Positions 50,453 through 61,815 of a stretch of DNA of 64,000 nt are shown here, one piece after another. Below the pieces are notes generated by a model that did no database searches, was not told the DNA's origin, and worked only from the letters and a program-made list of their open reading frames with translations. Source of the stretch: Nitrospirota bacterium (GTDB lineage: Bacteria > Nitrospirota > Thermodesulfovibrionia > Thermodesulfovibrionales > Dissulfurispiraceae); the NCBI GenBank assembly GCA_963710375.1, contig CAVPZX010000003.1:64001-128000 (forward strand), written 5' to 3'. The position numbers and the translations under genes are program-made. The stretch's first letter is position 1, and each line of letters starts with the position of its first letter.

Positions 50453-51592
50453 TCAGTGCGTCGTTTCCGCCTGTGGGAAGACCCGCAGGTATTTCACCGC
50501 GACCTTAAAGCTGAAAATAGCCAATGATATAAAAGCAAGGGTCACGACAATCTCCATCCATGAAGGAAAATAGCTGGCCCCTCTTGCACTGGCGTCTCTG
50601 TAAATACCAAAAATCGAGACATTGAGTCTATTCAGAAGCACGCCGGAAATCACCAGGATATTGACAAAGAATATACTTTTGATATTCTCTCTTATGCTTT
50701 TAATCAGGAGCAGGCAGAGCGGAATGACAACCCCGATGCTCATCTCCAAAAGATACATGTTGGCTTCCATGGTGCCGTTAAATGGCGCACTTAACCCGGG
50801 TCCTTTCGCTAATATCCACAGCTTCATAATAAAATATATGATTGTTGCAATCAGCGTGCCTTTTGCGAGACCGGAAAGGATGCCGATGTCCGGAGTGTGT
50901 TTAAATACCCGGATGCTCAAGATAGTTTCGAAGCTTACCATCGAAAGTCCCATCATGACCGCAGAAGTAAGAAAGAGGATCGGCATTTGAGCGCTGTACC
51001 AGAAAGATGACAGTTTTTTCGGCACAATCAGATACACCGCTCCCAGAAAGGACTGATGCAGTATTGAGATCAGCACACCAAAAAGAACTACAGGGACAAT
51101 GATTTTGTTAATGAACTTTGCTGTTTTTTTCATGTTCAGCTTTTCAAAAAACATCGGACTGGCCTCTGTTGCAATGGTTGAAGTGTAGAGGACCACATTG
51201 ATCGCCACAAACCACATGATGGAATGCATCTGCCACATGGTGATTGGATGCCAGACATGCCAGGGCAGGCCGATGTCAAAGGTTATCGTGGTTGCCACCA
51301 GGGCATATCCGAAAAAGGCGTTCAGAATCGCGGCTCTGACAATAGGCTTGTATTTCTTCATGTTTAATATATAGACAGCTCCTGCGATAAGAAATCCTCC
51401 GGCTTCTATGGCTACCCCGCCAAGCACATCAAAACCTATCCAGAGCCCCCAGGGGAACCTGTCATTAAGGTTCGTAACAGCGCCCAGTCCTGCCATGAGC
51501 CTATAGATCAGAATTGCAGCACCCGCAGCCATGATAAGGAGCAAGATCACGGTTGTCGGCGTCCACATTTTTATTTCATGCTCTGATTCCAT
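50453..51592 (-). CDS. hybB: NrfD/HybB-family membrane quinone-reactive subunit
   Basis: GLGAVTNLND.FPWGLWIGFDV, D.G.PW, LHQS.LG, RLNV, YFPSWME. Confidence 0.85.
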   Translation of the reverse strand: MESEHEIKMWTPTTVILLLIMAAGAAILIYRLMAGLGAVTNLNDRFPWGLWIGFDVLGGVAIEAGGFLIAGAVYILNMKKYKPIVRAAILNAFFGYALVATTITFDIGLPWHVWHPITMWQMHSIMWFVAINVVLYTSTIATEASPMFFEKLNMKKTAKFINKIIVPVVLFGVLISILHQSFLGAVYLIVPKKLSSFWYSAQMPILFLTSAVMMGLSMVSFETILSIRVFKHTPDIGILSGLAKGTLIATIIYFIMKLWILAKGPGLSAPFNGTMEANMYLLEMSIGVVIPLCLLLIKSIRENIKSIFFVNILVISGVLLNRLNVSIFGIYRDASARGASYFPSWMEIVVTLAFISLAIFSFKVAVKYLRVFPQAETTH

Positions 51593-51594
51593 GT

Positions 51595-52378
51595 CTATTC
51601 CTCCTTATCCATGTTTTTATTACGCCGGGTAATTGCCCAGCTCGATCGCACCGGCAGTCAGAACAACTCCGATCACCGCGGGGATTTTGGTTATAAAAGC
51701 CCAGGTCAGATCGGGAACCGCAGTAGCAGGGATGTTCATGTTGAACCCAAGGGTTTCAAACGGTATCCCGGAAATATAGAGCCAGGAAGTGCCACCTGCC
51801 TCATCCTTCCCGTATATGTGGTTGACATATTTGCCGGGGTTGCCGGCGATTCGCTTGTTCGCCTCATTCAATATATCATCGGTTTCTCCGTATAGCATTG
51901 TATTGGAGGGACAGACCTTTATGCAGGCAGGGACCAGATCTGCCTTGATCCTGTCGGCACAGAACGTGCATTTCCGGATCCAGGGAACGGCTTTTTCCCA
52001 TTCATACTTTGGAATATAGAAAGGACATGCCAGCATGCAATAACGGCAACCGATGCAACGACTAAAGTTATAGGTGACAGGTCCTTCGGGTGTTTTTTTC
52101 AATGCACCAACCGGACAGGCCGAGGCACAGGCTGGATTCTTACAGTGAAGACATTGGTCCTTTACAAAGCTCCAGACCGGCACGCCGTTGGTTTCATGCT
52201 CGACATAGCGTATATTGGTAAAACACTCTGAATTGAGTTCCGGGGGATTTGTAAAATTCCCGTACATCCTGGTTTTCTTTACTGAACGTTCATTCCATTC
52301 CTTGCAGGCGACCTGGCAGCCCCGGCAACCGATGCACCTTGTAAGATCCACAAGCACACTTTTTTGAGGTGTTGTCAT
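51595..52378 (-). CDS. fdnH: Formate dehydrogenase Fe-S subunit (FdnH/HybA-like); apparent +1 frameshift near 51643
   Basis: Four 4Fe-4S Cys clusters (CIGCRGCQVAC, CLHC..PAC..ACP, CIGCRYCMLACP, KCTFC..PAC..VCP), YG..EAGGT; repaired tail SWAITRRNKNMDKEE ends 2 nt before hybB. Confidence 0.88.
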
Positions 52379-52387
52379 ATCCGCCCC

Positions 52388-55300
52388 CTATATCTTTTGG
52401 ACATTGACCATAAAGGCCTTTGTCTCTGGTATCATGGTATTTGAATCTCCAATGGTCGGGGTGAGGAGATTCGAACTGTCTCCTCCGCTGCCATCCTCCG
52501 GGAACTGCCATCCAAAGCACCACGGGAGACCGACCTGATGGACCGTCGTGTTCGCAACTTTGAAGGGTTTGAGCCGGCTGGTGACAACCGCCTTGGCCCA
52601 TATCTCTCCGCGTGCTGAGCTTACCTTTACTTTGTCCCCGTTTGCGATGCCCTTTTCTTTGGCCAATTCAATACTCATCTCGACGAAGATCTGAGGCACC
52701 ATCTCGAGCAGCCAGGACTCATGTCTTGTCATAACTCCTGTCTGCCAGTGCTCCGAAACCCTGTAAGTCGTTGCGACAAAGGGATAGCGTATATCGCAGG
52801 AAATGAATATATCCTCGGGCAGGGCCGTCTGGGAGCCGCTATAGAACAACTTTATAGTCGGGCTGTTATACTGGTGCGAAAGAGGGTTCTTCTCTATCGG
52901 GCATTCCAGAGGTTCGTAATGTTCCGGGAACGGACCGTCCGCAAGGCCCGGACCGAATATGCTGCCTACCCCGTCGGGCTTCATGATAAAGGGAAGCTTG
53001 CCGTCCTTTGCCGCAAGCGGCGGAGCAGGCCCGTCCGGGACATCGCCCTCCCAAACACCGGGCTTATTAGTAAGCGGATTGATCTTTGTCGGGTTCCATT
53101 TTATCACTGCCCGCTTTGGATCCCACGGTCTGCCTTCAGGGTTGACCGATGCGCGGTTATAGATAATCCTCCTGTTGACCGGCCAGGCCCATGCCCATGC
53201 GGGATAGAGGCCTATTCCGGTCGGGTCTGTCTTGTCCCTCCGCGCCATCATGTTGATGATTTTGCCATCCTTCTGAGTATAGCTCTGGCTGTAAATCCAA
53301 TTGCCGCATGAGGTTGACCCGTCATCCTGTAAGGTGACAAAGGAGGCGCAGAGTTCGCCCTTCTTGCCGAGGAGTTTCGGCGGTGTGGCTTTCTTATCAT
53401 AGACATCCTCGATATAGTAACCGTTGATCTCCTTTGCGACCCTGTGGATGTCTATCTCCCGCACTTTCCCGTTTGCCTCCCTATCTCCATAATCCCAGGT
53501 AAGGTCGATGATAGGAGAGGGATATTTGCCATTCTCCTTTTTATAAAGATGTCTGACCCTGTGGTGAAGTTCGTTCATGACCTCCGAATCGGGCTTTGAC
53601 TGTCCGATCGGCTTGATCGCGCGGTATCTCCACTGGGCAAGCCGGCCGGAGTTCGTTATGCTGCCCTCCTTCTCCACTGACGAGCAGGCAGGGAGGAAAA
53701 AGACCTCGGTCTTGATATCAGCCGGCTTTATCCCCGGGCCCCGCCAGAAAGAGCCTGTTTCATTGTCGAAGAGGTTCACATTGACCATCCATTTCAGTTT
53801 TGACAAGGCCTTGCGGACCTTGCCTGCGTTCGATCCCGAACAGGCCGGGTTCTGTCCCCAGGCAAAAAATCCCTCGAAGCCCCCCTTGAACATTTGGTCG
53901 AATAGCAAGAGCCAGGAATAGTTTTTTCCGCCATCTACCTTTGGCAGCCACTCATACCCGAAGTTATTTTCTTTCGTAGCTTTATTGCCGTAGATGGCCT
54001 TGAGATAGCTTGTCATGTACTTGCCCCTGTTGCTCCACCAGTTAACACTTTTCGGTTCCTTTGTCTTAGTAGTATATTTTTCGATATAGGCAGTGAGATC
54101 GGCAAGTGAGGCGTCTGGTACCGGCAGATACCCGGGGAGGACATTGAAGAGGAGCCCGTGGTCAGTAGACCCCTGGACATTCGATTCACCCCTGAGGGCA
54201 TTAACTCCCCCTCCTGCGAGACCGATATTGCCCAGGAGAAATTGGATGATCGTCATCGCCCTTATATTCTGGGTGCCTACCGTATGCTGGGTCCAACCCA
54301 TGGCATAGCACTCGGTCCCGACCCTGTCGCGCTTGCCGGTTGAGGCATACAGGGAGTAGACTTCGTGAAGCTTCTCTTTTGGCGTGCCTGAGATTTCGGA
54401 TACCTTAGCAAGCGTATACCTGGAGTACTGGTTCCTGAGAAGCTGGAATACGCAGTGTGGGTCTTTTAATGTAGGGTCCTTTTTTGGTATTCCCTTTTCA
54501 TCCACCTGAAAAGCCCAGGTCTTCTTGTCATACTTTCTTGTCTTGGGATCATAGCCTGAAAAAAGACCGTCTAGCTGCGTGGCATCCTTGAATTCCGGGT
54601 TGACGAGAAAGGCCGCGTTTGTATAGTTGACTACATATTCTTTTAAGTACAGATGGTTGTCGAGGATATACTTGATCATCCCTCCAAGAACTGCAATATC
54701 CGTCCCGGAACGCATCGGCGCATATACATTCGCCTTTGCAGCAGTCCGTGTGAATCTGGGGTCTACAACTATGAGTTTTGCGCCTTTTTCTTGTGCCTTG
54801 GCTATCCATTTCATGGATATAGGATGGTTTTCAGCGGGGTTTGCCCCCATAACCAGGATTACGTCAGCATTCCTGAGATCAATCCAATGGTTTGTCATTG
54901 CACCGCGACCGAACGACTCTGCCAGAGCCGCAACAGTTGCGGAGTGTCATATTCGGGCCTGATGTTCTATGTAGACAAGTCCCCATGAGCGTAAGAGCTT
55001 CTGGAGCATGTAGCATTCTTCGTTGTCCAGGGCTGCGCTGCCAACATGCGCAATCCCCTCGGTCCTGTTGACTACGAATTCCTTTTCGACCTCGGTTTCC
55101 TTTCCATCAGCCGATTTCTCCTTGACCTTCATCTTCGTTATAGCCTTGAACGTTTTGTCGCGAGTATCTTTCACCCGTTTTGCTATTTCATCGAGAGCCC
55201 AGTCCCATTCCACTTCTTTCCATTCACTTGCCCCTGGTGCGCGGTACTGAGGTTTTGTTATCCTTGCCGGATTATTGATTACCTGGTAGAGTGATGCGCC

Positions 55301-55564
55301 CTTTGAGCACAATGTGCCTTCGCTGACCGGATGATCAGGATCACCTTCGGTATGGATTACCTTGCCATCCTTAGTGTAGGCGAGAATACCGCAGCCTACG
55401 GAACAATACGGGCAGATGGTTGTTGTGGTCTTGGCACCCTGGGTGCGGAGTTCTTTGTCGTTCGCTTCGGACTGTTCGGCAGACAGTGCGATCCCGCCGA
55501 TTGTTCCCGCAGCAACAGCAGTTCCGCCCGAGAGCTTTAGAAAATCTCTTCTCGATAAACTCAT
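52388..55564 (-). CDS. fdnG: Selenocysteine-containing formate dehydrogenase alpha subunit (1058 aa; Sec UGA at 54949-54947)
   Basis: Tat motif SRRDFLK; CPYCSVGC..C; HQARI-UGA-HSATVAALAESFGRGAMTNHW joins the two track ORFs in frame; ALRGESNVQG. Confidence 0.96.
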
Positions 55565-55725
55565 GTCTAACCTCCCAAAAAGATTATTAAGAAATTAATA
55601 AGGAACAAAAGACGAAAAGCGCGAAGAAGGAACTGAACATGTAAACTATAGCTCGCCCGCATATCTATCCCCTGAGATAATTTATGCCCGGAGTTCATGA
55701 AGTAATGCATATTACGCCATTTCAG

Positions 55726-55754
55726 AATATATTATTTTGATGTGGTACTGTCAA
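55726..55754 (-). promoter_or_regulatory. Putative sigma-70 promoter of the fdn operon
   Basis: Minus strand TTGACA-17 nt-TATATT. Confidence 0.55.
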
Positions 55755-55800
55755 GATAAATGTTGCAGGTGGGTGCAACGCCGAATTTTTACAATTCAAG

Positions 55801-56280
55801 TTATAACGCTGAACGAAGAAGGCGAGTCTTTATCTTGTCGATGGCGGTCTTAGCATAATAGGACTCAAAAGAATTTTTATTTCTCAAAAACGGCGTCAGG
55901 CGGTCGATGTCTTCTATCGAACCTATTATCCCCAAAACTTCCAGACTGATCATCCTAACATCCGGTTCGTCGGAATTTATTCCGTCCCTGACAACCTGTA
56001 AGGCCCTATTGTTCCCCTGAAAATACCTCAGACCATTTACAGTATGATAAAGTATCGCCGGACAGCCGAAATGCAGTTCTCCATCGTCATATACAGTAAT
56101 AAGTACGTCCAAAACTTTTTCGTTTCCTATAGGTGCAATTTCATCTATCAACTTAACTTTTTCGCGCCAGGGAGTGGTGCGATCCAGTATAAGATCTCTC
56201 GATTTATCAAAATCGACAGCAAAAACAATAGTGGGTATGAAAAGCAGGCAAAATGTAACCATAATGACTGTTTTTTTCAT
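55801..56280 (-). CDS. Exported HEAT-repeat-like protein
   Basis: Signal peptide; D.EPDVRMISLEVLGIIG HEAT/PBS-like repeat. Confidence 0.6.
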   Translation of the reverse strand: MKKTVIMVTFCLLFIPTIVFAVDFDKSRDLILDRTTPWREKVKLIDEIAPIGNEKVLDVLITVYDDGELHFGCPAILYHTVNGLRYFQGNNRALQVVRDGINSDEPDVRMISLEVLGIIGSIEDIDRLTPFLRNKNSFESYYAKTAIDKIKTRLLRSAL

Positions 56281-56504
56281 GTTTGTGCACTCCTACCCTT
56301 ATTTCCTTATAAGCAATACTCAAACATATAATAGCAATTGACCCGCTCCTGGTGTCAAATCTTTAGGTGCCATGTATTTTGCATAATTTTCGGTCCCTTG
56401 ATTCGCCATATTTGTGGGAACCCTAAATGTTTGCATTTTCGGAATTATTTTGATCTCATCGCATGGTTTGGTGTATCATTAATCAAATGACGTCAGGCCT
56501 GCAG

Positions 56505-57074
56505 ATGATTATCGAATGCGGATGTGACGAGGCGGGACGGGGAGCTGGTGCAGCGGAAGTATATGTGGGCGCTGTGATCCTCGATCCTGAACATCGCATT
56601 GAAGGTCTGGCTGATTCCAAGAAATTGTCCGCCGGCAGGAGGGAGACCCTCAGCGAGGAAATAAAGTTGTACGCGCTCAGCTGGTGCATAGAGAAGGCCA
56701 GTCTGGAAGAGATCGAGAGATTCAATGTGCTTCATGCAACACTCCGTGCGATGAAGCGTGCAGTGGAAGGATTGAAGATTAAGCCTCAAAAGGTACTGGT
56801 GGATGGCAATCATGCGCCGGACCTGGACATGCCGGTGGAGACGATCATAAAGGGCGATGATAAAGTCCCGGCGATAAGTGCGGCTTCAATACTGGCAAAA
56901 GTGGCCAGGGACAGAGCTATGGTTGAATACCATAAATTATACCCGGAGTATGGCTTTAATATAAACAAGGGATATTTTACACGTGAGCACATGGAAGCGC
57001 TGCATAAACATGGGCCTTGTCCCATTCATCGTCGCAACTACTCTCCTGTTTGTCAGATGCAGCTATTTATTTGA
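56505..57074 (+). CDS. rnhB: Ribonuclease HII
   Basis: GCDEAGRG, LADSKKL, VDGN, KGD...AISAASILAKV.RD, KGY.T..H, HRR. Confidence 0.93.
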   Translation: MIIECGCDEAGRGAGAAEVYVGAVILDPEHRIEGLADSKKLSAGRRETLSEEIKLYALSWCIEKASLEEIERFNVLHATLRAMKRAVEGLKIKPQKVLVDGNHAPDLDMPVETIIKGDDKVPAISAASILAKVARDRAMVEYHKLYPEYGFNINKGYFTREHMEALHKHGPCPIHRRNYSPVCQMQLFI

Positions 57075-57089
57075 TTTTATCGGTTTATC

Positions 57090-59568
57090 ATGAATCGCTT
57101 TTTTTTGACTGTTAAAGGGACTGTTCAGGGAGTGGGGTTCAGGCCCTTTGTTTACAATCTCGCAAAGGATTTAGGCATTAAGGGATACATCAAGAATACC
57201 TCGGCCGGGGTCTTCATAGAGGCCGAGGGCGCCAACAGTGCGGGATTTATTGATGCCATTCAGAGGCGTCACCCCCCCCTCGCCAAGATCGACTGTATCG
57301 AGGTGCAGGAACTCTCTGCAATAGGTTACGACGATTTTGTTATTATCAGCAGCAGTGACAGCGGCAGTTTTACACTCGTTTCGCCCGATGTTTCAGTATG
57401 CGATGCATGTTTGAAAGAATTGTCGGACCCGCAAGACAGGCGTTATCTGTACCCGTTCATCAACTGCACCAATTGCGGTCCTAGATATTCAATCACCAAA
57501 CAGGTGCCGTATGACCGGCCTAATACGACGATGGCGCAGTTCCGCATGTGCCCGCTTTGCATGAACGAGTATAAAGACCCTTCTAACCGCAGGTTTCATG
57601 CACAGCCCAATGCCTGCCCCATATGCGGTCCTCAGGTATATCTAACTGTAAAGAATCCGCTGTTCACTGCCGATGCAGCCGGAGATCCGATAGCGGGAAC
57701 TATTGAACTCCTGAAACAGGGAGCGGTGGTAGCTGTAAAGGGACTCGGAGGATTTCATCTCTGTTGCGATGCTTCGAATGAGCGGGTTGTTACACTGCTT
57801 AGGGAGAAAAAGAGGAAAAGCAACAAGCCGTTTGCCCTGATGGCGCCGGACTGCGCGACCATCGGAAAATTCTGTGAGATTTCCGAAGATGAGGCGGCGT
57901 TGCTGAACGACATAAGAAGGCCGATCGTTCTTTTGAAAAAAAGAGTCAGCAGGCCAGGGGCTATGGGCAATCGGCTTTCCGATGATGTAGCGCCTCAAAA
58001 TATATATATTGGGTTCATGCTGCCTTATACCCCGCTTCACTACCTTTTGTTTCATCATCCGTGTGACGGGAGCAGCTTATCCGCTGTCAGCCTCTCATTT
58101 TAACGCCCTTGTGATGACAAGCGGAAATATTGCTGAAGAGCCGATTGTTGTTGACAATGACGATGCCCTGACCAAACTCTCAGGTATTGCCGACGCATTC
58201 CTTTTCCATAATAGGGATATTTTTATGAGGGTCGATGATTCAGTAATAAAAATAACAGGCAATAGGCAATGGGCAATGGGCGATGGGCAAAATACAAAAA
58301 GAAACGAACATAAGAACCTATTGCCTATAGCCAATAGCCCATTGCCTCGGTTTTCCTTCATCAGGCGTTCCCGCGGATATGTCCCTGAGCCGATACTGCT
58401 GAAAGATGACGGGCCGGACGTTTTGGGTTGTGGAGCTGACGTAAAAAATGTGTTTACTATTATGAAGGGCAATTACGCGATCATAAGCCAGCATATAGGA
58501 GATATGGAGAACATCGAGACCCTGCGTTTTTTTGAAGAAACACTTTTAAACCTGAAACAGGTGTACAGGTCTCAACCCGTTGCTATTGCATATGACCTGC
58601 ACCCCGGTTATTTATCGACTCGTTGGGCCCTGGAACAGATCCGGCAGCAAAAGATTAATGGATATGCAGTGCAGCACCACTATGCACACATTGCTTCCGT
58701 AATAGCTGAAAGCAGGCTGAAAGAGGAAGTGATAGGCATTGCTTTAGATGGAACGGGATATGGGACAGACGGCAATCTCTGGGGCGGAGAGTTCCTCGTG
58801 TGCAGCATAAATGGTTTTATCAGGGCTGCACACTTCGATTATATACCGTTGCCTGGCGGGGAAATGGCTATAAAGGAATGCTGGAGAACGGCAGTCGGCT
58901 TGGTAGTCAACGCTCTGGGCAGCCAGGAGGGAGGCCCTGAACGCCGGAATGAGGCTGTTATGGAAGCGCTCGATGCGACCGGGTTTATTGACAGGTATGG
59001 GCTGCAGCGAATTGAGAATATAGTGAAACTTGCGGGTAACCGCCATTTCTCGCCGCTGTCATCAGGCGCCGGCAGGCTGTTTGACGCTGTATCTGCACTC
59101 GCCGCCGTAAGTGACCGGAATACTTTTGAAGGCGAAGCTGCCATCGCGCTCGAAAATGAAATAGAAGAGGGCGTTTCCGGGGCGTATCCCTATACGGTGA
59201 CCGGGATTGATGGGCAAGGCCGGCCGTTGCGCATCGACTTATCGGAAACAGCCCTAAAGATAATTGAGGACATAAAAAATGGCGAGTTAAAGGGCAGGAT
59301 AGCAGCCAGGTTCCATAACACAATTGTTGAAGTCATCACGGCAGTGGCCTTGCGCTTAAGTAATATGTATGGACTGAGGAATGTGGTTCTGAGCGGCGGT
59401 GTTTTTCAGAACAGCTATATATTTGACAGGTCTTATAAAGCACTTGTGACACAAGGTTTCAAAGTATTTACAAATGTTCAAGTACCCTGCAATGACGCGT
59501 GCATATCTCTGGGACAGGCGTTCCTGCTCAGGGAGAGGCTGAAGGAAGGCGTGCAGCTCAAGGATTAG
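57090..59568 (+). CDS. hypF: Hydrogenase maturation carbamoyltransferase; apparent +1 frameshift near 58078
   Basis: GTVQGVGFRPF, two Zn fingers, RRFHAQP, KGLGGFHL, MLPYTPLH; then LVMTSGN, RRSRGY, SQHIGD, DLHP, QHH.AH, DGTGYG, SSGAGRLFD in the +1 frame. Confidence 0.93.
58257..58347. repeat. Inverted heptamer tandem repeat (RGGCAAT run ... ATTGCCY-type run) inside hypF
   Basis: aggcaat aggcaat gggcaat gggcgat gggcaaa ... cctattg cctatag ccaatag cccattg cct. Confidence 0.8.
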
Positions 59569-59586
59569 GCGATATCCTCATACTGA

Positions 59587-61653
59587 ATGAATATGTCTGC
59601 AAATATAGCTAACAGCAGAAGTTATCCGCTTGGCTCCGTAGTCTATCCTGCCGGGGTTAACTTCAGCGTTTATTCAAAAAGCGCCAGTGCGATGGAACTC
59701 CTGCTTTTTGATAATGCCGATGATGCGAAGCCGTCCCGAGTCATCCGTCTCGACCCGAAAACTAACAGTACTTACCACTATTGGCATGTTTTTGTTCCAG
59801 GGATCGGACACGGGCAGATTTATGCTTACCGGGCATACGGACCCTCAGAACATAGCAAGGGGTTCAGGTTTGACCCCGAAAAGGTTCTTCTCGATCCCTA
59901 TGCAAAAGCGGTGGCTGTGCCCGAAGTCTATGACCGCTTAAAGGCAAGCCTGCCGGGGGATAACTGTGCCACTGCGATGAAGAATATCGTTATGGACCTG
60001 CGGGGCTATGACTGGCAGGACGACATGCCTCTCAAGAGACCCTTTTCAAAAACGGTCATTTACGAGATGCATGTTGGAGGCTTTACCAGGCATCGAAGTT
60101 CGGGTATCCAGCCTGAAATAAGGGGGACATATGCCGGCGTAACACAGAAAATTCCTTACCTGAAGGACCTTGGCGTTACTGCGGTTGAGCTGCTGCCGGT
60201 CTTTCAGTTTGATCCTCAGGACTGCCCTCAATGGCTTGTCAATTACTGGGGATATTCTCCGGTCTCGTTCTTTGCGCCGCATCAGGGTTACAGCTCACAA
60301 AAGGGCGGGCTCGGGCCGTTGAATGAATTCCGCGATATGGTAAAAGCCTTGCACAGGGCAGGCATAGAGGTCATTCTGGATGTGGTTTACAATCACACTG
60401 CCGAGGGAAATCACACAGGGCCCGTACTGTGCTGGCGCGGCCTTGAAAACAGTGTCTATTATATGCTTCAGGCTGATCAGGCGCGTTATGCCGACTATTC
60501 AGGTACCGGCAATACCCTTAACACAAACAATACGATAGTCAGGAGGATGATCCTTGACAGCCTTCGCTACTGGGTGCAGGTAATGCATGTGGATGGGTTC
60601 AGGTTTGACCTGGCGTCAATTCTCTCACGGGATGAGGAGGGCAGACTGCTGTCAAAGCCGCCTCTTTTACTAGATATAGAGACAGACCCTGTGCTTGCCG
60701 GGATAAAACTTATTGCTGAGGCATGGGACCCTGGGGGTCTCTATCAACTCGGCTCTTTTATCAGCGACAGATGGAAGGAATGGAATGGGAAGTTCCGGGA
60801 CGATATCAGGAGTTTCGTGAGAGGGGACAACGGCTCTGTCTCAAAACTCTCAGCACGCCTGCTTGCCAGCCCGGACATCTTCGGCCATGAAAAACTTGAG
60901 GCAGAGCAGAGCATTAATTTTGTTACCTGTCATGATGGTTTTACCCTGAACGACCTGGTTACATACTCTCAAAAGTACAACCTCGCAAACGGCGAACAAA
61001 ACCAGGATGGCAATGACAATAACCTGAGCTGGAACTGCGGCTTTGAAGGTCCGACCGATGACCCTGGGGTTGAGAAATTGCGCTGCAGGCAGATAAAAAA
61101 CTTTCTCGTCCTTAACCTCCTCGCCCTTGGCACCCCAATGCTTCTGATGGGGGATGAGGCAAGGAGGACCCAGCTCGGCAACAACAATGCTTACTGCCAG
61201 GACAATGAACTGAGCTGGTTTGACTGGAGCCTCCCTGCCAGGCATAAGGGCCTCCACCGTTTTGTTAAAGAACTGATAGCGTTCAGGCTGCGGCGCATGA
61301 ACCCTGAAGGGTATGACGAACTGAGCCTGAACGAACTCCTTGCTCATGCACAGGTCAAATGGCATGGCGTCAGGCTTGACGACCCTGATTGGGCAGAATA
61401 CTCTCATAGTCTTGCCTTTACCGCATTTAACAGTACAAAAAAACTGCTGACCCATGTGATGATGAATGCCTATACAGAACCGCTCCAGTTCGAAATCCTG
61501 GCAGCAACGGGGAACCAGTGGAGACGGTGCATAGATACCTTTCTTGAATCGCCGGAGGACATAATGGAATGGGACGACGCGCCGGTTGTGCAGGCCCATA
61601 ATTATCTTGTACAACCACATTCGATTGTCGTGTTGTTCAGTGTCGGGGAATAA
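59587..61653 (+). CDS. glgX: Glycogen debranching enzyme (isoamylase)
   Basis: NYWGY, ILDVVYNHTAEG, DGFRFDLA, IAEAWD, NFVTCHDGFTL. Confidence 0.95.
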   Translation: MNMSANIANSRSYPLGSVVYPAGVNFSVYSKSASAMELLLFDNADDAKPSRVIRLDPKTNSTYHYWHVFVPGIGHGQIYAYRAYGPSEHSKGFRFDPEKVLLDPYAKAVAVPEVYDRLKASLPGDNCATAMKNIVMDLRGYDWQDDMPLKRPFSKTVIYEMHVGGFTRHRSSGIQPEIRGTYAGVTQKIPYLKDLGVTAVELLPVFQFDPQDCPQWLVNYWGYSPVSFFAPHQGYSSQKGGLGPLNEFRDMVKALHRAGIEVILDVVYNHTAEGNHTGPVLCWRGLENSVYYMLQADQARYADYSGTGNTLNTNNTIVRRMILDSLRYWVQVMHVDGFRFDLASILSRDEEGRLLSKPPLLLDIETDPVLAGIKLIAEAWDPGGLYQLGSFISDRWKEWNGKFRDDIRSFVRGDNGSVSKLSARLLASPDIFGHEKLEAEQSINFVTCHDGFTLNDLVTYSQKYNLANGEQNQDGNDNNLSWNCGFEGPTDDPGVEKLRCRQIKNFLVLNLLALGTPMLLMGDEARRTQLGNNNAYCQDNELSWFDWSLPARHKGLHRFVKELIAFRLRRMNPEGYDELSLNELLAHAQVKWHGVRLDDPDWAEYSHSLAFTAFNSTKKLLTHVMMNAYTEPLQFEILAATGNQWRRCIDTFLESPEDIMEWDDAPVVQAHNYLVQPHSIVVLFSVGE

Positions 61654-61815
61654 GAGTTTTCGGTTGTTGTTTGCAACTCGAATGGTTTCATGCAATAATT
61701 AGCTTATCAACTTCTTAACCTAGGTGCCACTTGGCGAAGGCAGCGAAAGTAAAACAGCTGACCTGACGACGTTGACAGTTCTTAAAACGCAAGACAACAG
61801 AAAGGAGTTAACACT

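Noticed and set aside
52388..55564. fdnG as two genes or a nonsense pseudogene, as the ORF track suggests
   Set aside because: The UGA is in frame at the catalytic Sec position (ARI-U-HS) and is followed by a SECIS-like hairpin.
55565..55800. Moco/Wco riboswitch in the fdnG leader
   Set aside because: No convincing conserved riboswitch core could be identified by eye. An Rfam scan would be needed.
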